From an uncultured Planctomycetota bacterium (lineage in GTDB: Bacteria; Planctomycetota; PLA2; JAEUHO01): a stretch of 64,000 nt of DNA. Below the pieces are notes generated by a model. The model saw only the letters and a program-made list of their open reading frames with translations, ran no database searches and had not been told where the DNA came from. Position numbers and translations under genes: made by a program. Where the stretch lies: contig CAVVXN010000001.1 in the NCBI GenBank assembly GCA_963752285.1, positions 576,001 to 640,000 of the forward strand, written 5' to 3'. Of this stretch, positions 63,291-64,000 are shown one piece after another (position 1 is the stretch's first letter; the number at the start of each line of letters is the position of its first letter).

Positions 63291-63364
63291 GCCGGCGAGG
63301 GTACCGCCCCTCGTTGGCGGTGCGATCGAGATGCGGGTACGGTCGGCCGGCCCGGAGGACTCCC

Positions 63365-64000
63365 ATGCGCCGCCCCCTCTTCGTCATCCCGATCGTCACC
63401 CTCCTGCTCTCGGGATGCGGAGGGCGCGACGGCGACGCGCGGATCCGCGACGCCGACCCGGCGGTCGCCGGGCCCGCGCTCTTCCAGGAGCTCCGGCGCG
63501 CCGCCCTCGAGCCCGACGTCGCCGCCCTCTGGGCCCTCTTCACCGACGCCATGCGGCAGAAGGGGATCGTCGAGGCCACCCGTCTGACGGAAACCGTGCG
63601 CGGGAACCCCGAGGCCGCCGAGCGACTCCGGCGCGAGCTCTCCCTCGACCGCTCGCCGCTCGACGTCTCGACGGAGGAGGTCGCGCTCGCGGTCCTCGGG
63701 CAGCGCATGCGGCGCAACACCGGAGACGCGTTCGACGCCGAGGTCGGGCGCGAGTTCCTCGACGCGCGCCTCGTGGACGGCCGACTCGTGGTCCGCGCGC
63801 GCGTCGTGCCCGGCGCGCGCCGACCGCGCCCGGGCGACGTCTCCGAGCTCGTCTTCGTGCGTGAGGGGAACGGGTGGCGCTTCGACCCGGACGCGTCCGA
63901 CCGCTACCAGGCGCGCTGGGCGCGGAGCATCGTCGTGCCCCCGCCCCGCGCGGACGGCCCGCCGCGCCCGGAGTGGACCGGCGTGGCGTTCACCCCCGAC
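63365..64000 (+). CDS. Lipoprotein of unknown function (runs off the window end)
   Basis: GGAGG RBS; MRRPLFVIPIVTLLLSGC lipobox; frame open to the window end. Confidence 0.7.
   Translation, partial: MRRPLFVIPIVTLLLSGCGGRDGDARIRDADPAVAGPALFQELRRAALEPDVAALWALFTDAMRQKGIVEATRLTETVRGNPEAAERLRRELSLDRSPLDVSTEEVALAVLGQRMRRNTGDAFDAEVGREFLDARLVDGRLVVRARVVPGARRPRPGDVSELVFVREGNGWRFDPDASDRYQARWARSIVVPPPRADGPPRPEWTGVAFTPD

Noticed and set aside
1..64000. Many long ORFs in the track (e.g. 204-1766 -, 43377-46796 +, 46145-49015 +, 50623-53589 +, 53393-56695 +, and the 5' extensions of 3546-6647, 6652-11055, 6976-11064, 17558-21100)
   Set aside because: Arg/Pro/Gly/Ala-rich shadow frames overlapping motif-bearing genes; expected when stop codons are rare at very high GC.
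1..64000. CRISPR array, rRNA, tRNA, integrase or transposase
   Set aside because: No regularly spaced repeat-spacer array, no cloverleaf or rRNA-like segment, and no DDE/tyrosine/serine recombinase motifs seen by eye. The only periodic repeats are intragenic.

Overview
Very GC-rich (roughly 75% by eye), gene-dense bacterial chromosome segment with about 52 protein-coding genes. I found no rRNA, tRNA, CRISPR array, prophage or transposase. The gene repertoire suggests a Planctomycetota/PVC-like organism (inference only): ECF sigma paired with a Ser/Thr kinase, an ECF fused to a long C-terminal extension, a prenyltransferase-repeat lipoprotein, carboxypeptidase-regulatory-repeat proteins, Cys-rich OprO/P porins and an FG-GAP lipoprotein. 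Recognisable content: HlyD/ABC exporter with a GNAT, REC-GGDEF cyclase, fused MFS/spermidine synthase, Lat-type lysine aminotransferase, an octaheme c-type cytochrome lipoprotein, three ECF sigma modules, a SLOG-SLATT fusion, selenoneine genes senA-senB (no senC/selD in the window), tandem phosphate porins, a GT-C/AsnB/phosphoesterase/ArnT envelope-modification cluster, two DksA/TraR paralogues and PEP carboxylase. Best candidates for something undescribed: (1) an ECF sigma + 64-aa membrane peptide + dedicated signal peptidase I operon; (2) a stand-alone SLOG-2xSLATT putative defence effector; (3) a DUF222-like HNH gene whose leaderless promoter has the spacing of the actinobacterial PafBC/RecA-NDp DNA-damage promoter; (4) a TraB/TIKI-family protein with an inserted GspG pseudopilin domain; (5) the octaheme cytochrome plus a Cys-rich duplicated-domain protein behind an AT-rich palindromic operator; (6) a DksA pair in which one copy lacks the acidic tip. 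Many genes appear leaderless. All family calls come from reading motifs by eye; no database searches were run. Most long ORFs in the supplied track are antisense or alternate-frame shadows caused by high GC, and start codons were re-picked manually.
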